From: Candidatus Saccharimonadota bacterium
Lineage (GTDB): Bacteria > Patescibacteriota > Saccharimonadia > Saccharimonadales > Saccharimonadaceae
NCBI GenBank assembly: GCA_017513185.1
Contig: JAFXGL010000008.1
Span: 97,323 to 161,322 of the forward strand
DNA length: 64,000 bases
Direction: 5' to 3'
This document shows positions 53,049 to 63,800 of the stretch, one piece after another (position 1 is the first letter of the stretch; every line of letters begins with the position of its first letter). Both the position numbers and the translations under genes were made by a program. Under the pieces are notes generated by a model. It was not told the origin of the DNA. It saw nothing but the letters and a program-made list of their open reading frames with translations, and did no database searches.

Positions 53049-53735
53049 ATGAAGCGTATTTTTTTGGTTATCCTTGCCCTGAGCCTCTGCGTGTTTATTG
53101 TTCCTGCCTTTGCTGACACCAACGTCAACATCACCACTGGTGATGGCAGTCCGGTCAACGTCACCTCGGTAGATGTCGATGGCTGTGGCAACGACGTTGT
53201 CATTGGTGGTGGAGTCAGCTGTGTCAAACCCGGTAAAACCCCGAGTTGCATCATTATCGATGGTGTCCCCAGCTGCATTGAGCCACCGAACCACTGTGGC
53301 GACCCCGATTACTGCGCCCGCATGGCCCGCCATGGTTGCCTGAAAAACACCGCTCGCGACGTTTTCGGCTATCTTGAAGGCCGGCTTCGTAGCATCGGCT
53401 GGTGGCACAAGGGCTATAAGTTCATCTGGTCTTTCGAGACCCGGGTCATTTATGGCTCTCGCGGCGACAATAATCACTACAGAGACCGCCGACCCATCAC
53501 GTTCTACTGCGTAGAAGATCCATCCATCAAGGTTAAGGCCTACATCAATGTCTACAAGCACGGAAAAGAATACTACACCGTCTTTACTACCGACTTCACT
53601 CCCGCAAAGAAATGTTCGAAGAGCGGCTATGTTTACGCCGACGAGTTGATGATTACCGGCACCTATACCGACGGCTATGCCGCTGTAGATGAGTTTATTG
53701 CCCAGCTCGAACGCCTTTGCGATGACGCCGAATAG
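53049..53735 (+). CDS. Secreted Cys-rich hypothetical protein
   Basis: Signal peptide ending PAFADT. The N-terminal half of the mature protein has 8 Cys and the whole mature protein has 11. AGGAGG Shine-Dalgarno, its own promoter and its own terminator. Confidence 0.55.
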   Translation: MKRIFLVILALSLCVFIVPAFADTNVNITTGDGSPVNVTSVDVDGCGNDVVIGGGVSCVKPGKTPSCIIIDGVPSCIEPPNHCGDPDYCARMARHGCLKNTARDVFGYLEGRLRSIGWWHKGYKFIWSFETRVIYGSRGDNNHYRDRRPITFYCVEDPSIKVKAYINVYKHGKEYYTVFTTDFTPAKKCSKSGYVYADELMITGTYTDGYAAVDEFIAQLERLCDDAE

Positions 53736-53771
53736 GGTTGCGATTGCGAGTAACCCACTTCCCCCTAATCC

Positions 53772-53799
53772 AGCCTCCCTCTCCCCAGGGAGGCTTTTT
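53772..53799 (+). terminator. Rho-independent terminator
   Basis: AGCCTCCCT CTCCCC AGGGAGGCT followed by TTTTT. Confidence 0.8.
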
Positions 53800-53801
53800 C
53801 A

Positions 53802-53810
53802 TGGTATAAT
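53802..53810 (+). promoter_or_regulatory. Extended -10 (TGGTATAAT) 7 nt upstream of the trmD ATG
   Basis: Read directly from the sequence. Confidence 0.55.
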
Positions 53811-53817
53811 AATATAT

Positions 53818-54477
53818 ATGCCAAAAATCAAATTCACGATTATTACGCTTTTTCAGGAAGCTCTCGAGCCCTATCTTAACGCCTCTATGATGTGGAAGGC
53901 CAAAGACAAGGGAATCGCCGAGTTTGATTTTGTGAACTTGCGCGACTTTGGCCTCGGCCCGCACAAGTCCGTCGACGACACGCCTTACGGCGGTGGCGAC
54001 GGCATGCTTCTCCGCTGCGAACCGGTCTTCGCCGCCATCGAGTCTGTCAAAGCCAAAGACCCGAGCGCTAAAGTAATTTTGCCCACTCCGGTCGGAGCCA
54101 CCTGGGAACAGCCCTTAGCTAGAGAACTCGCCGCAGCTGGCGGACATTACATTATTCTTTGCCCTCACTACGAAGGCTACGACGAACGGATTTTGTCGCT
54201 CGTCGACTACAAAATCTCCCTCGGCAAATTTGTTTTGACCGGCGGCGAACTCCCCGCCCTCGCCATCATCGATTCCATCGTCCGCCTCATCCCCGGCGTC
54301 CTCGGCGGCGAGACTAGCGCCGAGATTGAAAGCTTTTCCGACGGCGACAACCTCGAATATCCCCAATACACCAAACCCGCCGACTTTCGCGGCATGAAGG
54401 TCCCTGACGTCCTCCTTTCTGGTAACCACGGCGAAATCGCCAAATGGCGCAAAGAGCATGAGTCTCAAGCTAACTGA
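53818..54477 (+). CDS. trmD: tRNA (guanine37-N1)-methyltransferase
   Basis: FTIITLFQEALEPYL, DDTPYGGGDGM, ILCPHYEGYDERI and SLGKFVLTGGELPA motifs. The start is set at 53818. Confidence 0.9.
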   Translation: MPKIKFTIITLFQEALEPYLNASMMWKAKDKGIAEFDFVNLRDFGLGPHKSVDDTPYGGGDGMLLRCEPVFAAIESVKAKDPSAKVILPTPVGATWEQPLARELAAAGGHYIILCPHYEGYDERILSLVDYKISLGKFVLTGGELPALAIIDSIVRLIPGVLGGETSAEIESFSDGDNLEYPQYTKPADFRGMKVPDVLLSGNHGEIAKWRKEHESQAN

Positions 54478-56491
54478 CTCGGTCGCGGCCATTAAAGGCA
54501 TCGGCCCTAAAACCGAAAAAATCCTGAATAAAGCCGGCATTTGTACTGTTCGCGACCTGCTCTACTACCTTCCTCGTACTTACGAAAACTTCACCACTAC
54601 CACCAAACTTTCTGATCTCCGCCCCGGTAAAGTCGTGATTCGCGGCCAAATTTCTGACCTCCACACCTCGCGCACTCACCGTCGCAACCTCACCATCACC
54701 GAGGGTATCATTCGCGACAACACCGACGCCGTCCGCGTGGTGTGGTTTAACCAGCCCTACCGCGCCAAACAATTCATCGAAGGCAAAGATTATTATTTCA
54801 CCGGCAATTACGATCTAAGCCGTGGCCGTTACCAGCTCACCTCACCCCGCGCCGAACTCGCTGCCGACGTCGACAAACTCGCTGGCGGCAACAAATTCCA
54901 GCCCGTCTACCCCGTGAGAGGCAGTTTCAAAAGCGAAGGCTTCCGCAAAATCTTTGAAACCCTTCGCTCCGAATTTGCCTTCATCCCTGATTTGCTGCCC
55001 AAAATCAAACCCGGTACCCGTGCCGACGCCCTCTTTAAAGCCCACTTCGCCGAGTCCGACGCCGACGTCAAAGCCGCCCGTAGCTACCTCGCCTACGAAG
55101 AACTTTTTGAGCTTATCCTGGCCTCCCAGCTCAATAAACAGGAAAACCAAAAGCTCAGGGCCGAGCAAATCCCCTTCGTCGCTAACGACATTAAGCGGGC
55201 TGTGAGTAGTCTCAAATTTAACCTCACCAATGCTCAACGCCTCGCCACCTTTGAAATCCTTAAAGACCTAGAAAAATCCACTCCTATGAACCGCCTGCTA
55301 CAGGGCGACGTCGGCTCCGGCAAAACTGTCGTCGCCGCGCTCGCCGCGCTCTCGGTCGCCAAAGCCGGCCAGCAGACCGCCCTCCTGGCCCCCACCGCCA
55401 TCTTAGCCTCCCAACATGCCGAATCGCTCGCCGAGCTGCTGACGCCTCTTGGTATCAACGTCGCCCTCCTCACCGGTGCCACCAAGCGCAAATCCTCCCT
55501 TAAAAAACACATTAAAGACGGCGATGTTGATCTTGTAGTCGGCACCCATGCCCTCCTCACCGACGACACGGAGTTTAAAAATCTCGCCCTCACCATCATC
55601 GACGAACAGCACCGCTTCGGCGTCAACCAGCGTCAAAAACTCCTCGAAAAAACCGTGGCACGGACCGGCCTCGCGCCGCATCTGCTCATGATGACCGCCA
55701 CCCCTATCCCACGTTCGCTCCAGCTCGCGATTTTTGGCGACCTCGACATCTCTACCTTAAACGAACTTCCCAAGGGTCGCCAACCCGTCACCACCAAAGT
55801 CATCAAAGAAATCAATTTCACTGACGACCTCTACCCCAAAGTTCGCGCCTATCTAGCAAAAGGCCAGCAAGTTTACTGGATTTGTAAAAAAATCGAAGAA
55901 GGTGGCCCTTCTGAGGCCGTTTCCGTCAAAAAACAGGCAGAAAAATTGCAAAAAATCTTCCCCAAAGAAAAAATCGCCTTCCTCCACGGCCGCATGAAAC
56001 CCGAAGAAAAAGACCAAATTATGCAACGATTCGCAGAAAACAAAATCCACATCCTCGTCTCCACCACCGTGGTGGAGGTTGGCGTCAACGTACCAAATGC
56101 CAACATCATGGTGATTATGGACGCAGAAAATTACGGCCTCGCCCAGCTACACCAGCTGCGCGGCCGCGTCGGACGCGGGCAATCCGCCGCCGAATGCTAC
56201 CTCGTCAGCTCCGCCGACCAGCCCTCTCGCCGTCTAAAAGAACTAGAAAAATCCACCGACGGTTTTTACCTCGCCGAGGCCGACCTCAAGCTTCGCGGCC
56301 CTGGAGAAATTTACGGCTCACTCCAGCACGGCGCCATGAACCTCCAGTTCGCCAGCCTCTCCGACACTCACCTCATCGCCGCCGCCAGCAAGGCCGCTAA
56401 AGCCTTCGCTAAAACTCCGGACCAGCTTAAAGACTATCCCGAACTCATGACCTGCATAAAACGTTATCAACAGCTCACCACATTAAACTAA
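54458..56491 (+). CDS. recG: ATP-dependent DNA helicase RecG
   Basis: Wedge domain N-terminus, GDVGSGKT, DEQHRFG, and QLRGRVGRG. Confidence 0.92.
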   Translation: MSLKLTDSVAAIKGIGPKTEKILNKAGICTVRDLLYYLPRTYENFTTTTKLSDLRPGKVVIRGQISDLHTSRTHRRNLTITEGIIRDNTDAVRVVWFNQPYRAKQFIEGKDYYFTGNYDLSRGRYQLTSPRAELAADVDKLAGGNKFQPVYPVRGSFKSEGFRKIFETLRSEFAFIPDLLPKIKPGTRADALFKAHFAESDADVKAARSYLAYEELFELILASQLNKQENQKLRAEQIPFVANDIKRAVSSLKFNLTNAQRLATFEILKDLEKSTPMNRLLQGDVGSGKTVVAALAALSVAKAGQQTALLAPTAILASQHAESLAELLTPLGINVALLTGATKRKSSLKKHIKDGDVDLVVGTHALLTDDTEFKNLALTIIDEQHRFGVNQRQKLLEKTVARTGLAPHLLMMTATPIPRSLQLAIFGDLDISTLNELPKGRQPVTTKVIKEINFTDDLYPKVRAYLAKGQQVYWICKKIEEGGPSEAVSVKKQAEKLQKIFPKEKIAFLHGRMKPEEKDQIMQRFAENKIHILVSTTVVEVGVNVPNANIMVIMDAENYGLAQLHQLRGRVGRGQSAAECYLVSSADQPSRRLKELEKSTDGFYLAEADLKLRGPGEIYGSLQHGAMNLQFASLSDTHLIAAASKAAKAFAKTPDQLKDYPELMTCIKRYQQLTTLN

Positions 56492-56512
56492 AATAAAGGA
56501 AAATATATCACC

Positions 56513-56992
56513 ATGCGCATAATTTCCGGAAAATACAAAAACAGGGAACTAAAGAGCCCCAACTCTACCAAGACCCATCCCATGGGCGAACGCGAACGCC
56601 TCGCCATCTTTAACATGCTGGGTAATCTAGAAGGCAAAACCATCCTCGACCTCTTCGCCGGCACTGGTGCCCTCGGCCTTGAAGCTCTCTCTCGTGGCGC
56701 CGCCTCCGCCACCTTTGTGGAAAAAGATTATAAAGCATTAGAATGTTTGAAGGACAATTTAAAAAACGTCGATAATTATGAGGTTATAAAAGGCGATGTT
56801 TATAAAATAAAACTAAACAAAAAATACGACATAGTTTTTATAGATCCCCCATATGACGCCTTTGATAGGCAAGCCCTAAAGTTTAAAAAACTTCTCCGGG
56901 AAAATGGCGTCTTGGTCGTTTCTTCTCCGCAGCCCATTGACGAAACTTCTCGCAAATACGCTAATTGTTATGTAACACTTGTCTTTAATTAG
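56513..56992 (+). CDS. rsmD: 16S rRNA (guanine966-N2)-methyltransferase RsmD
   Basis: MRIISGKYKNREL, DLFAGTGALGLEALSRGA and FIDPPY motifs. Confidence 0.85.
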   Translation: MRIISGKYKNRELKSPNSTKTHPMGERERLAIFNMLGNLEGKTILDLFAGTGALGLEALSRGAASATFVEKDYKALECLKDNLKNVDNYEVIKGDVYKIKLNKKYDIVFIDPPYDAFDRQALKFKKLLRENGVLVVSSPQPIDETSRKYANCYVTLVFN

Positions 56993-57051
56993 CTATTATG
57001 GTATAATAGACTCAATAGACATTCGGTGGGCCAATAATTAGGAGTTTTATT

Positions 57052-57450
57052 ATGTACGGTCAAACCGAAGACCAAGAAAAACAGAAGAAAAAGATTATCA
57101 TCATCTCCCTTATCATGGGGATTATCATCATCATTTTGATTGGTGTTTTGATTAACGCTATCACCACCAAAAACAAGAATCAACAACTCGCCGACAACAA
57201 CGAAACCTCTCTTATCCGCGAAGACGAAAAGAAATCCGAACCCACCAAAGTAGAAGAAAACACTAAGTCCGAAGAAAAAGCGGAAGACTCCAAGCTAGAA
57301 CCGGTTGCTAACGACCAAAAACAAGAGACCGTCACGCCGAAGTCCGAGACCAAATCTGACCTCCCGCAGACCGGTGCCGGCTCTGTCCTCGGCCTTGCCC
57401 TTCTCGCTGGCTCCGCCACCACTTACGTCTTCTCTAAAAAGCGTCAATAG
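57052..57450 (+). CDS. Small LPXTG-anchored surface protein
   Basis: N-terminal hydrophobic signal. C-terminus reads LPQTGAGSVLGLALLAGSATTYVFSKKRQ, a canonical sortase signal. AGGAG Shine-Dalgarno. Confidence 0.7.
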   Translation: MYGQTEDQEKQKKKIIIISLIMGIIIIILIGVLINAITTKNKNQQLADNNETSLIREDEKKSEPTKVEENTKSEEKAEDSKLEPVANDQKQETVTPKSETKSDLPQTGAGSVLGLALLAGSATTYVFSKKRQ

Positions 57451-57452
57451 TC

Positions 57453-57483
57453 AAAAAGCTAGGCTAAAAACCTAGCTTTTTTA
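57453..57483 (+). terminator. Rho-independent terminator
   Basis: AGCTAGG CTAAAAA CCTAGCT followed by TTTTTT. Confidence 0.75.
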
Positions 57484-57495
57484 TGTTTTCTAAAG

Positions 57496-57501
57496 TATAA
57501 T
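57496..57501 (+). promoter_or_regulatory. -10 box TATAAT 8 nt upstream of the ATG at 57510
   Basis: Read directly from the sequence. Confidence 0.45.
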
Positions 57502-57509
57502 CATTTTAT

Positions 57510-58562
57510 ATGGCTGAAAAACCTGAAGACAAAAAACCATCTTTTTTAAAGCGCAAGCGCGTCAAACAGCTGTTAATCATTGCCTTCATCATCTTCAACA
57601 TCGCCATCATCTACTGGACCGCCTCTAAAGAGCTCAACCGTGACGAAGGCCTCCCCGAAGCCCACTTCACTTGGTGGCTCCTTTTGCTCGCCATCGTCGC
57701 CTTCGTTGGGGCTTTGGCTGCTGATATTTACAAATATTACATGCTCATCCGTCACTTCACAAAGAAAAAAGACCTGAAGCTTGCCGCTCAGACCGTCTTC
57801 CTTGGCCGTTACTACGACAACATTACTCCGAGTGCCGTCGGCGGTCAGCCCTTCCAGATTCACCACATGCATAAACACGGCAAAATCGACAGCGAACACG
57901 CCGCCATGATTCCTATCATCTGCTTCGTTTCGCTCCAATTCGCCTACGTCGTTCTTTGCTTCCTTACGCTAGTCTTTGGCGCCAATATCGTCCTCTCCGA
58001 CGTCACTTATGCCGCCAGCTTCGTCGGCATTTTGCTCATGGCTTTCGCTCCGGGTACAGTCATTTTCTTCGCAGTAAAACCCAAAGCAGCCAAAAAGATT
58101 GCCTCGGCGATTTTGAAATTTGGACACAAGCTTCATATCGTTCGCCACCTTGAAGAAACCGAAGCCAAAGCCCTCGGAGAAATAGAAAAATACGCCGACA
58201 CTGTCCGTCGCGTTCTTAAAAACAAAAAGCTCCTCGTAAGAGTCCTTGCTCTCTCGTTTGCTTATCAGCTCTGCCTTTACTCGATTCCATTCCTCGTCGT
58301 CCGCGCTTTTGGTGGCGACGTTGGCTATCTCCCCGCCACCATGACCGCCCTCACCATTCAGGCCGCCATCACCTTCATCCCCACCCCCGGCAACGCCGGT
58401 GCGGCCGAAGGCTCGTTTTACCTCGTCTTTGCCAGCCTCGGCAGCGGCAACACCTTTTGGGCTATGTTTACCTGGCGCTTCTTTACCTACTACGCTTTCA
58501 TCGCTCTCGGCGGCCTCGTCTATCTAGAAATGGCTTGGCAAAAAAAGAAAAAACACGTATAA
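57510..58562 (+). CDS. Polytopic membrane protein, UPF0104 / MprF-flippase-like (LPG_synthase_TM-like) family
   Basis: About 8 hydrophobic helices and the motif NITPSAVGGQPFQI typical of this family. Confidence 0.6.
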   Translation: MAEKPEDKKPSFLKRKRVKQLLIIAFIIFNIAIIYWTASKELNRDEGLPEAHFTWWLLLLAIVAFVGALAADIYKYYMLIRHFTKKKDLKLAAQTVFLGRYYDNITPSAVGGQPFQIHHMHKHGKIDSEHAAMIPIICFVSLQFAYVVLCFLTLVFGANIVLSDVTYAASFVGILLMAFAPGTVIFFAVKPKAAKKIASAILKFGHKLHIVRHLEETEAKALGEIEKYADTVRRVLKNKKLLVRVLALSFAYQLCLYSIPFLVVRAFGGDVGYLPATMTALTIQAAITFIPTPGNAGAAEGSFYLVFASLGSGNTFWAMFTWRFFTYYAFIALGGLVYLEMAWQKKKKHV

Positions 58563-58572
58563 TATATTCTAT

Positions 58573-58657
58573 GCCCGGGTGGTGGAATTGGTAGACACGC
58601 TAGCCTTAGGAGCTAGTGCCTCACGGCTTGCAAGTTCGATTCTTGTCCCGGGCACCA
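58573..58657 (+). tRNA. tRNA-Leu (anticodon UAG), long variable arm, CCA encoded
   Basis: Acceptor GCCCGGG/CCCGGGC and anticodon stem CTAGC/GCTAG with loop CTTAGGA. A TATAAT at 58558-58563 lies only 9 nt upstream. Confidence 0.88.
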
Positions 58658-58670
58658 CAACTTGACACGA

Positions 58671-58696
58671 TACGCCAAATATGGCGTAATTTTTAT
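58671..58696 (+). terminator. Hairpin plus T-tract after tRNA-Leu
   Basis: TACGCC AAATAT GGCGTA followed by ATTTTTATT. It shares the 18-nt string TATGGCGTAATTTTTATT with 6815-6832. Confidence 0.5.
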
Positions 58697-58728
58697 TATA
58701 ATATTCTCACCAAAAATGTTTATTATTA

Positions 58729-58737
58729 TGCTAAAAT
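58729..58737 (+). promoter_or_regulatory. Extended -10 (TGCTAAAAT) 6 nt upstream of the ATG at 58744
   Basis: Read directly from the sequence. Confidence 0.5.
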
Positions 58738-58743
58738 AAAAGC

Positions 58744-60198
58744 ATGAGTAAAAAGCTTTTTGCGATTATTGTGCTATCATTATTTATCGCCCTTGCTGCG
58801 CCTCTCCTCTTCTCCTCTGCTCATGCCACCACCGTCACCTACTGCTCCGGCTCCGACGACCCCACCGAAGACGACCCTTACGACCCCACCCAGCCCGTCA
58901 CCACTCAAGACGGCTCTGTCCCCTCTGCCCTTAAGAAATACCTTCTCGACTCCGGTTACAGCGAATCTTCCGCCAATGGCATCATGGGCAACATTAGTAT
59001 CGAATCTTGCGGTTACAAGCTCCGCGTTTACAATAACAGCTGCAGCTCCCTCGCTCCAGACGATTTCGTCGCCTATAAAAATGGCGCCAAAACTTTCTCC
59101 GGCGGCTACGGCCTCGCGCAGTGGACTTCCGCCGGCCGCGTTAAAAACCTCCAGGAACACGCCGACAACGTCATTAAAAAATCCGTCAACACTCTAGACG
59201 TCCAGGCTAGCTTTATAGTCAAAGAGCTCAAGTCTAGCTCTTACAAGCTTTACCCCTCCAAGCTCAATGCCATGACCATGGAGGAAGTCGTATGGGTAAT
59301 CATGCGTGACTACGAGACGCCAGAGTCCGTCATTTGCACCCAGGCCTCTAGCAGCAGCTGTAAAAACGAAGCTTCCGCCCGTAACATCTCCCTCTCTACC
59401 CTGCTAAACAATACCACCAAATATGCCAGCGCCTACAAGGCCTATACTAACCGCCTCACCGAGGCCAAGAACGCCAAGTCCATCGCCGCTACCACCCAGG
59501 AAGACCCAGGCACCAGTGACCCTACAGACCCTACTACCCCTACTGACCCTACCACCCCCACTACTCCCACCGGCAGCACTTCCGGCGCCCTCGGCAAACA
59601 ATCTTCTAGTGGCTTTTACGCCCAGTGCCGCGCCGACTATTCTAGCAAATCTTGGCGTAAGACCACCACTACCATCTGCGCTTCCGGCTGCTCGCTCATT
59701 TCTGTAGCTAACGCCGCCAAATACCTCAACGTCACACCCAACAACCCAGGCACCTTGGCCGACTGGACCAAAGGCGTCATTAGCGGCGAGTCCGATACCG
59801 GCTGGAACGGCTCCGTCAAAAAGACTATCTCGCACCTCAACATGAAATGGGACGGCAGTTACCTGTGGTCTAACTACAACACTTCCGCTGCTAGCAAAAT
59901 CACCCAAATCCGCCAAGTCCTTGCGGCGGGCGGTGTCATTATCGCCGGTGGCGATCGCAATCGCAGTAGCAACCCCAACCGCCAAACCATCGACTGCACC
60001 AGCTCTAGCAATCTCAACGCTGGTCTCTGCGTCTTTAGCAATAACGGCCACTTCATCGCCATCATCGGCATCACCTCCGACGACAAGCTCATCGTTGCCA
60101 ACGGTGCCAATGGTCGCAACGGCACCTCCAGCAACGACAAAATTCCTGCCGCCAACGTCCTAAAGTTTTCTAACAAAGCCATAGGAGTTTACAAATAA
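58744..60198 (+). CDS. Secreted two-domain cell-wall hydrolase: lysozyme-like N-domain plus papain-like (C39-like) Cys peptidase C-domain
   Basis: N-terminal signal peptide. NGIMGNISIESCG and GYGLAQWTSAG motifs. A PT-rich linker. The C-domain has Q...ICASGCSLISVANA (Cys) and NNGHFIAIIGI (His). It is a paralog of the 7406-8989 product. Confidence 0.65.
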   Translation: MSKKLFAIIVLSLFIALAAPLLFSSAHATTVTYCSGSDDPTEDDPYDPTQPVTTQDGSVPSALKKYLLDSGYSESSANGIMGNISIESCGYKLRVYNNSCSSLAPDDFVAYKNGAKTFSGGYGLAQWTSAGRVKNLQEHADNVIKKSVNTLDVQASFIVKELKSSSYKLYPSKLNAMTMEEVVWVIMRDYETPESVICTQASSSSCKNEASARNISLSTLLNNTTKYASAYKAYTNRLTEAKNAKSIAATTQEDPGTSDPTDPTTPTDPTTPTTPTGSTSGALGKQSSSGFYAQCRADYSSKSWRKTTTTICASGCSLISVANAAKYLNVTPNNPGTLADWTKGVISGESDTGWNGSVKKTISHLNMKWDGSYLWSNYNTSAASKITQIRQVLAAGGVIIAGGDRNRSSNPNRQTIDCTSSSNLNAGLCVFSNNGHFIAIIGITSDDKLIVANGANGRNGTSSNDKIPAANVLKFSNKAIGVYK

Positions 60199-60821
60199 TG
60201 GACAATTACAGCACCCAAATCTTCCCGCAGGTCAACCCAGGCGAAGCCGAAAAACCGCGCCTCCCCAAAGCCGCCATCATCGCCGGCATCGGTCTGTTTG
60301 TGATTTTAATCGGCGCCGGCGTCTTTCTCATGCTAAATAAGGGCGACATTCAAAGTCTCGACAATGAGGCCGAGCCAGCGCTCGAATACTCCAAAGAAGG
60401 CTCGCGGCTGCTCAGTCTAGACAAGCTCATGGACTATGGCCTCACTAGCGAACAATACAGCAAAGTCTGCGCCGCCATTGAATCCGCCCTCGACCGCGGC
60501 GACAAAGACAGTAAATATTTTGACTATATTTATGACAGCTTCGTTACTGAAAAATCTTTCGCTAGTGAAGACAGCGGACTCTCCGAGGAGGAGCGCCAAG
60601 CCATTCTCGCCGCCATCAGCGCCAACGACCACACCGCCGAAAAATACGGCCCGGAGGGAGAGACTAATACCGAAACCCACGCCGACAAAGAGCAGCTCAG
60701 TATCATCACTTTCCAGCTCATCTCCGACACCGAAAAAGTCTACACCGTCCGCTTCAACGCCGCCCTTGGCGCCAAAGACCTCAGCGTAGAAGTTAAAGAT
60801 TCCGAAGGAAACACCCTTTAA
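60198..60821 (+). CDS. Bitopic membrane protein, paralog of the 6828-7406 product
   Basis: TM helix AAIIAGIGLFVILIGAGVFLML. TAATG overlaps at both ends. Confidence 0.6.
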   Translation: MDNYSTQIFPQVNPGEAEKPRLPKAAIIAGIGLFVILIGAGVFLMLNKGDIQSLDNEAEPALEYSKEGSRLLSLDKLMDYGLTSEQYSKVCAAIESALDRGDKDSKYFDYIYDSFVTEKSFASEDSGLSEEERQAILAAISANDHTAEKYGPEGETNTETHADKEQLSIITFQLISDTEKVYTVRFNAALGAKDLSVEVKDSEGNTL

Positions 60822-63800
60822 TGAGCGAGCCAAACGAGGAACAGAAAAAAGCTAGGGCTGCCAAGCGAGAGCTGGCCGCCGCCGAAAAAGCCAGTAGCGA
60901 CCGCAAGAAAAAGGCCACTGTTGCCGGTGCTGCGATAGTAGCTACTGTCGCCACCGCTGGCGCTGCTGCACCCGCTGCCGGTGCTGCTGCTGGTGGGGCT
61001 GCCGCGGGAACTGCTGGCGCCGCTGGTACAGCCGGGGCTGGGGCCGCCGCTGCAGGCGAAGCGGCTGGTGCTACGGCCGGAGCTGCTGGTACTGCTGGTG
61101 CCGCTGGAGAAACTGCCGGTGCCGCTCAAACTGCCAACGCCGCTAGCAAATCTGCCGATGCCGCCCAAAAGCTCAAAAACGCCGAAGAAAAAGCCAAAAA
61201 GTTTAAAGAAAACTACGACAAAGTCAAAGATAAAGTCGACAAAATCGAAGATTTATCCGGTGGCGAAGAAGAAGTCGAAGACGAAGACGAAAGCGAAGAA
61301 GAGCAAACCGCCCAACCTATCGCTACCCCCAAGAAAAAGCGTTCCAAAATCGCCACGTTCTTTGTGGTCGGCATCATCGGTATTTGCGCCCCGCTACTTT
61401 TCCTCACCGCTGCTATCCTTTACCCAGTCCATCTCGCCGTCACGATTGGCGACAAAGTCGTGACCTTTTTCACTACTATTTTCGAGAAAGCTAAAAATGT
61501 CTTTTGCGAACTTCTCGGCATCGGCAGTGTGCCTGACGCTACCGCTGAGACCTTTGAGGAATACGGCATAGAAATCGGCGCTATCACCGAGACTGGTGCT
61601 TTCATCCAAACCAACCGCGTCATCGCCAGCGGCAAAGAATATCAAATCGCCGCGAGCGACGGCACCGTCGTCCGCGCCGAGAGCGGGGAACTATCCGTCC
61701 GCTTTAAGGACAAAGTCATCTCCGCCGACCAACTAGAAAATGAACTAGAAACTAACCCGGAGTTTTACCAAGCCTTTTACAACGCCATCGACGACTGCCG
61801 CAAAAAGCACGATGTCACTTCTGAAGACAACTCCGTCAAAAAAGCTGCCTACGACGACCTCAACATTGGCCTAGACCCCTACGCCGCCCTAGAGGAAAGC
61901 GAAATTGAAGACCCCCAGGCCGCCTTTGAAGAAATCTTTACTAGCCTACTAGACGGCACCGCTACCTCCACCACTATCGGCACCGTTAACTACGGTTCCG
62001 CTGGCGAAAACGAAGAGCCTCTGCCCCAAGGCGACACCAGCAACGCCGGCCTCCAAGCCGAAGAATACATCCGCGAAATTGCCAAGAAAACCACTGCCGA
62101 CGGTGGCGACACTAAAAAAGCCACGGAAAAAGCCGCCGCCCTTCTCAACGCCGCCGTTTCTGCCAACGAGCCATATTATGCCGCTCGCGCCTACGCCGGC
62201 ATCATGGAAGCCATCGACCTCAACAAGCCCGGCCAAACTGGCTCCGGCCCTGTCAACGAAGCCATGAACTTGCTCAGTACCGAGACTGAGAGTCAAACTA
62301 TCGACATCGACACCGGCAAAAACAAGAGTGTCACCGGCTCTGCCGTCAATTCGCCCAACCTCAGCGCCGTCACTTATAACTCAGAATATTCTAAAGAAAC
62401 CGCCGAAGGCTACTCTAGAGATCGCGCCATGTTCGTCTCCTCCGTAGAAATAGCCAAAAAATACCCAGAAAACGGCGAAGATTGTGTCAAAATCAACGAC
62501 GTCTACAATGCCACCAACAACACCATCGTAGCCATTAGCAACGCTCTAGAGAAGTTTTGGCGCTGGATTGTCTCCATTATTTCCGGCCGCGCCGAAGCCG
62601 ATGCAGACCTATTAGTGGACGCCACCAAAGATAGCATCTCTACCGCCGTCTTTTCTAAACCGTCAGAAACCACCGTGGGCGAGGCCCTAGGCGAGAGGCT
62701 AGTGGAAGGCGCCGCCTATTACAACACCATGGTTTCGCGTGAAGTCGGTGGCTCCACCGCTTCCGATAAAAACGCCATCGCTGTCTACAACAAAATGGTT
62801 ACCGACTCCATCGCCCAAAAAGCCAAGGCCGACCGTGCTACCAAGAGCCCGTTTGACGCCTCCTCGCCCTATACCTTCCTCGGTAGCATCGTCAACAGTC
62901 TGCAGCCCATCGTCAAAAACACCGGCTCCGTCGTCTCTAAAGTCTCCTCGCTAAATAATCTCACCGCCAAATCCGTCGCTCGCATCACCACCGGCGCCTA
63001 TGCCGAAGGCAACGAGGAAACTTATCAAATGCAAAACGGCAACTGCAGCACGGAAAACTCCATCGGCGGCGAAGGCGACATCTATTGCAACGAGGCTCCA
63101 TCCTTTGACCCCTCCACCTTCTCCATGACTCTCACCGACCTCCAAGACAAAATCGCCGGCGACCTCGACGAGCGCAAACGTATCAAAGACGGCACCGACG
63201 CAGCACGCTATCTCATTCTCCACACCGAGCGCGAATCTACTCCGGGCGTCAAGGATGCCACCGTCTGCGAAGCTATCGCCAAGGAAATTTACCGCCCCTC
63301 CATCCTCGAAAGCATTTGGAACTTCTTTGCTGGCTCGCCAGACATCGCCAGCATTTGTAGCCGCCCCGAAGTAAAAGATTACGCCACCGGCAAAGAATAT
63401 GCCAACACTGCCGAAAACGCCAACTGGAACACCAAATATAAATACTACCAGGGTTACACATTGGAAGTTTACGTGATGGATCTCTTTGGCTACTATAGCG
63501 AAATCTGCGACGAAGAAAACCCCGTTGTCGCCTACAAGAACGAATATTACACCAAACACCCCAAAGACAACTCTCCGGAAGGTATCCTGGCTCGTCGCAC
63601 CGGCATGACCAAAGACGAAGTTATCGCCGGCATTGAGGCCGTCCGCTACCTCGCCTATCTCAATAACTACGACCCCGCCACCCGCTATGCCTTTGGTGGT
63701 GCACCAGAGCTTCGTCCGCTCCACTTTGAAGATGATGGAGCTGTCATTGCCACCACCTTTGCCGACGAAAAACGCCGCATTGTCTATGCCGACCGCCGCA

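Noticed and set aside
6719-58697. An integrative element bounded by two tRNA genes carrying an 18-nt direct repeat.
   Set aside because: The interval is full of core genes (typA, alaS, obg, uvrB, gatCAB, nrdDG, trmD, recG) and holds no integrase or excisionase. The repeat sits in terminator hairpins, not in the tRNA 3' ends.
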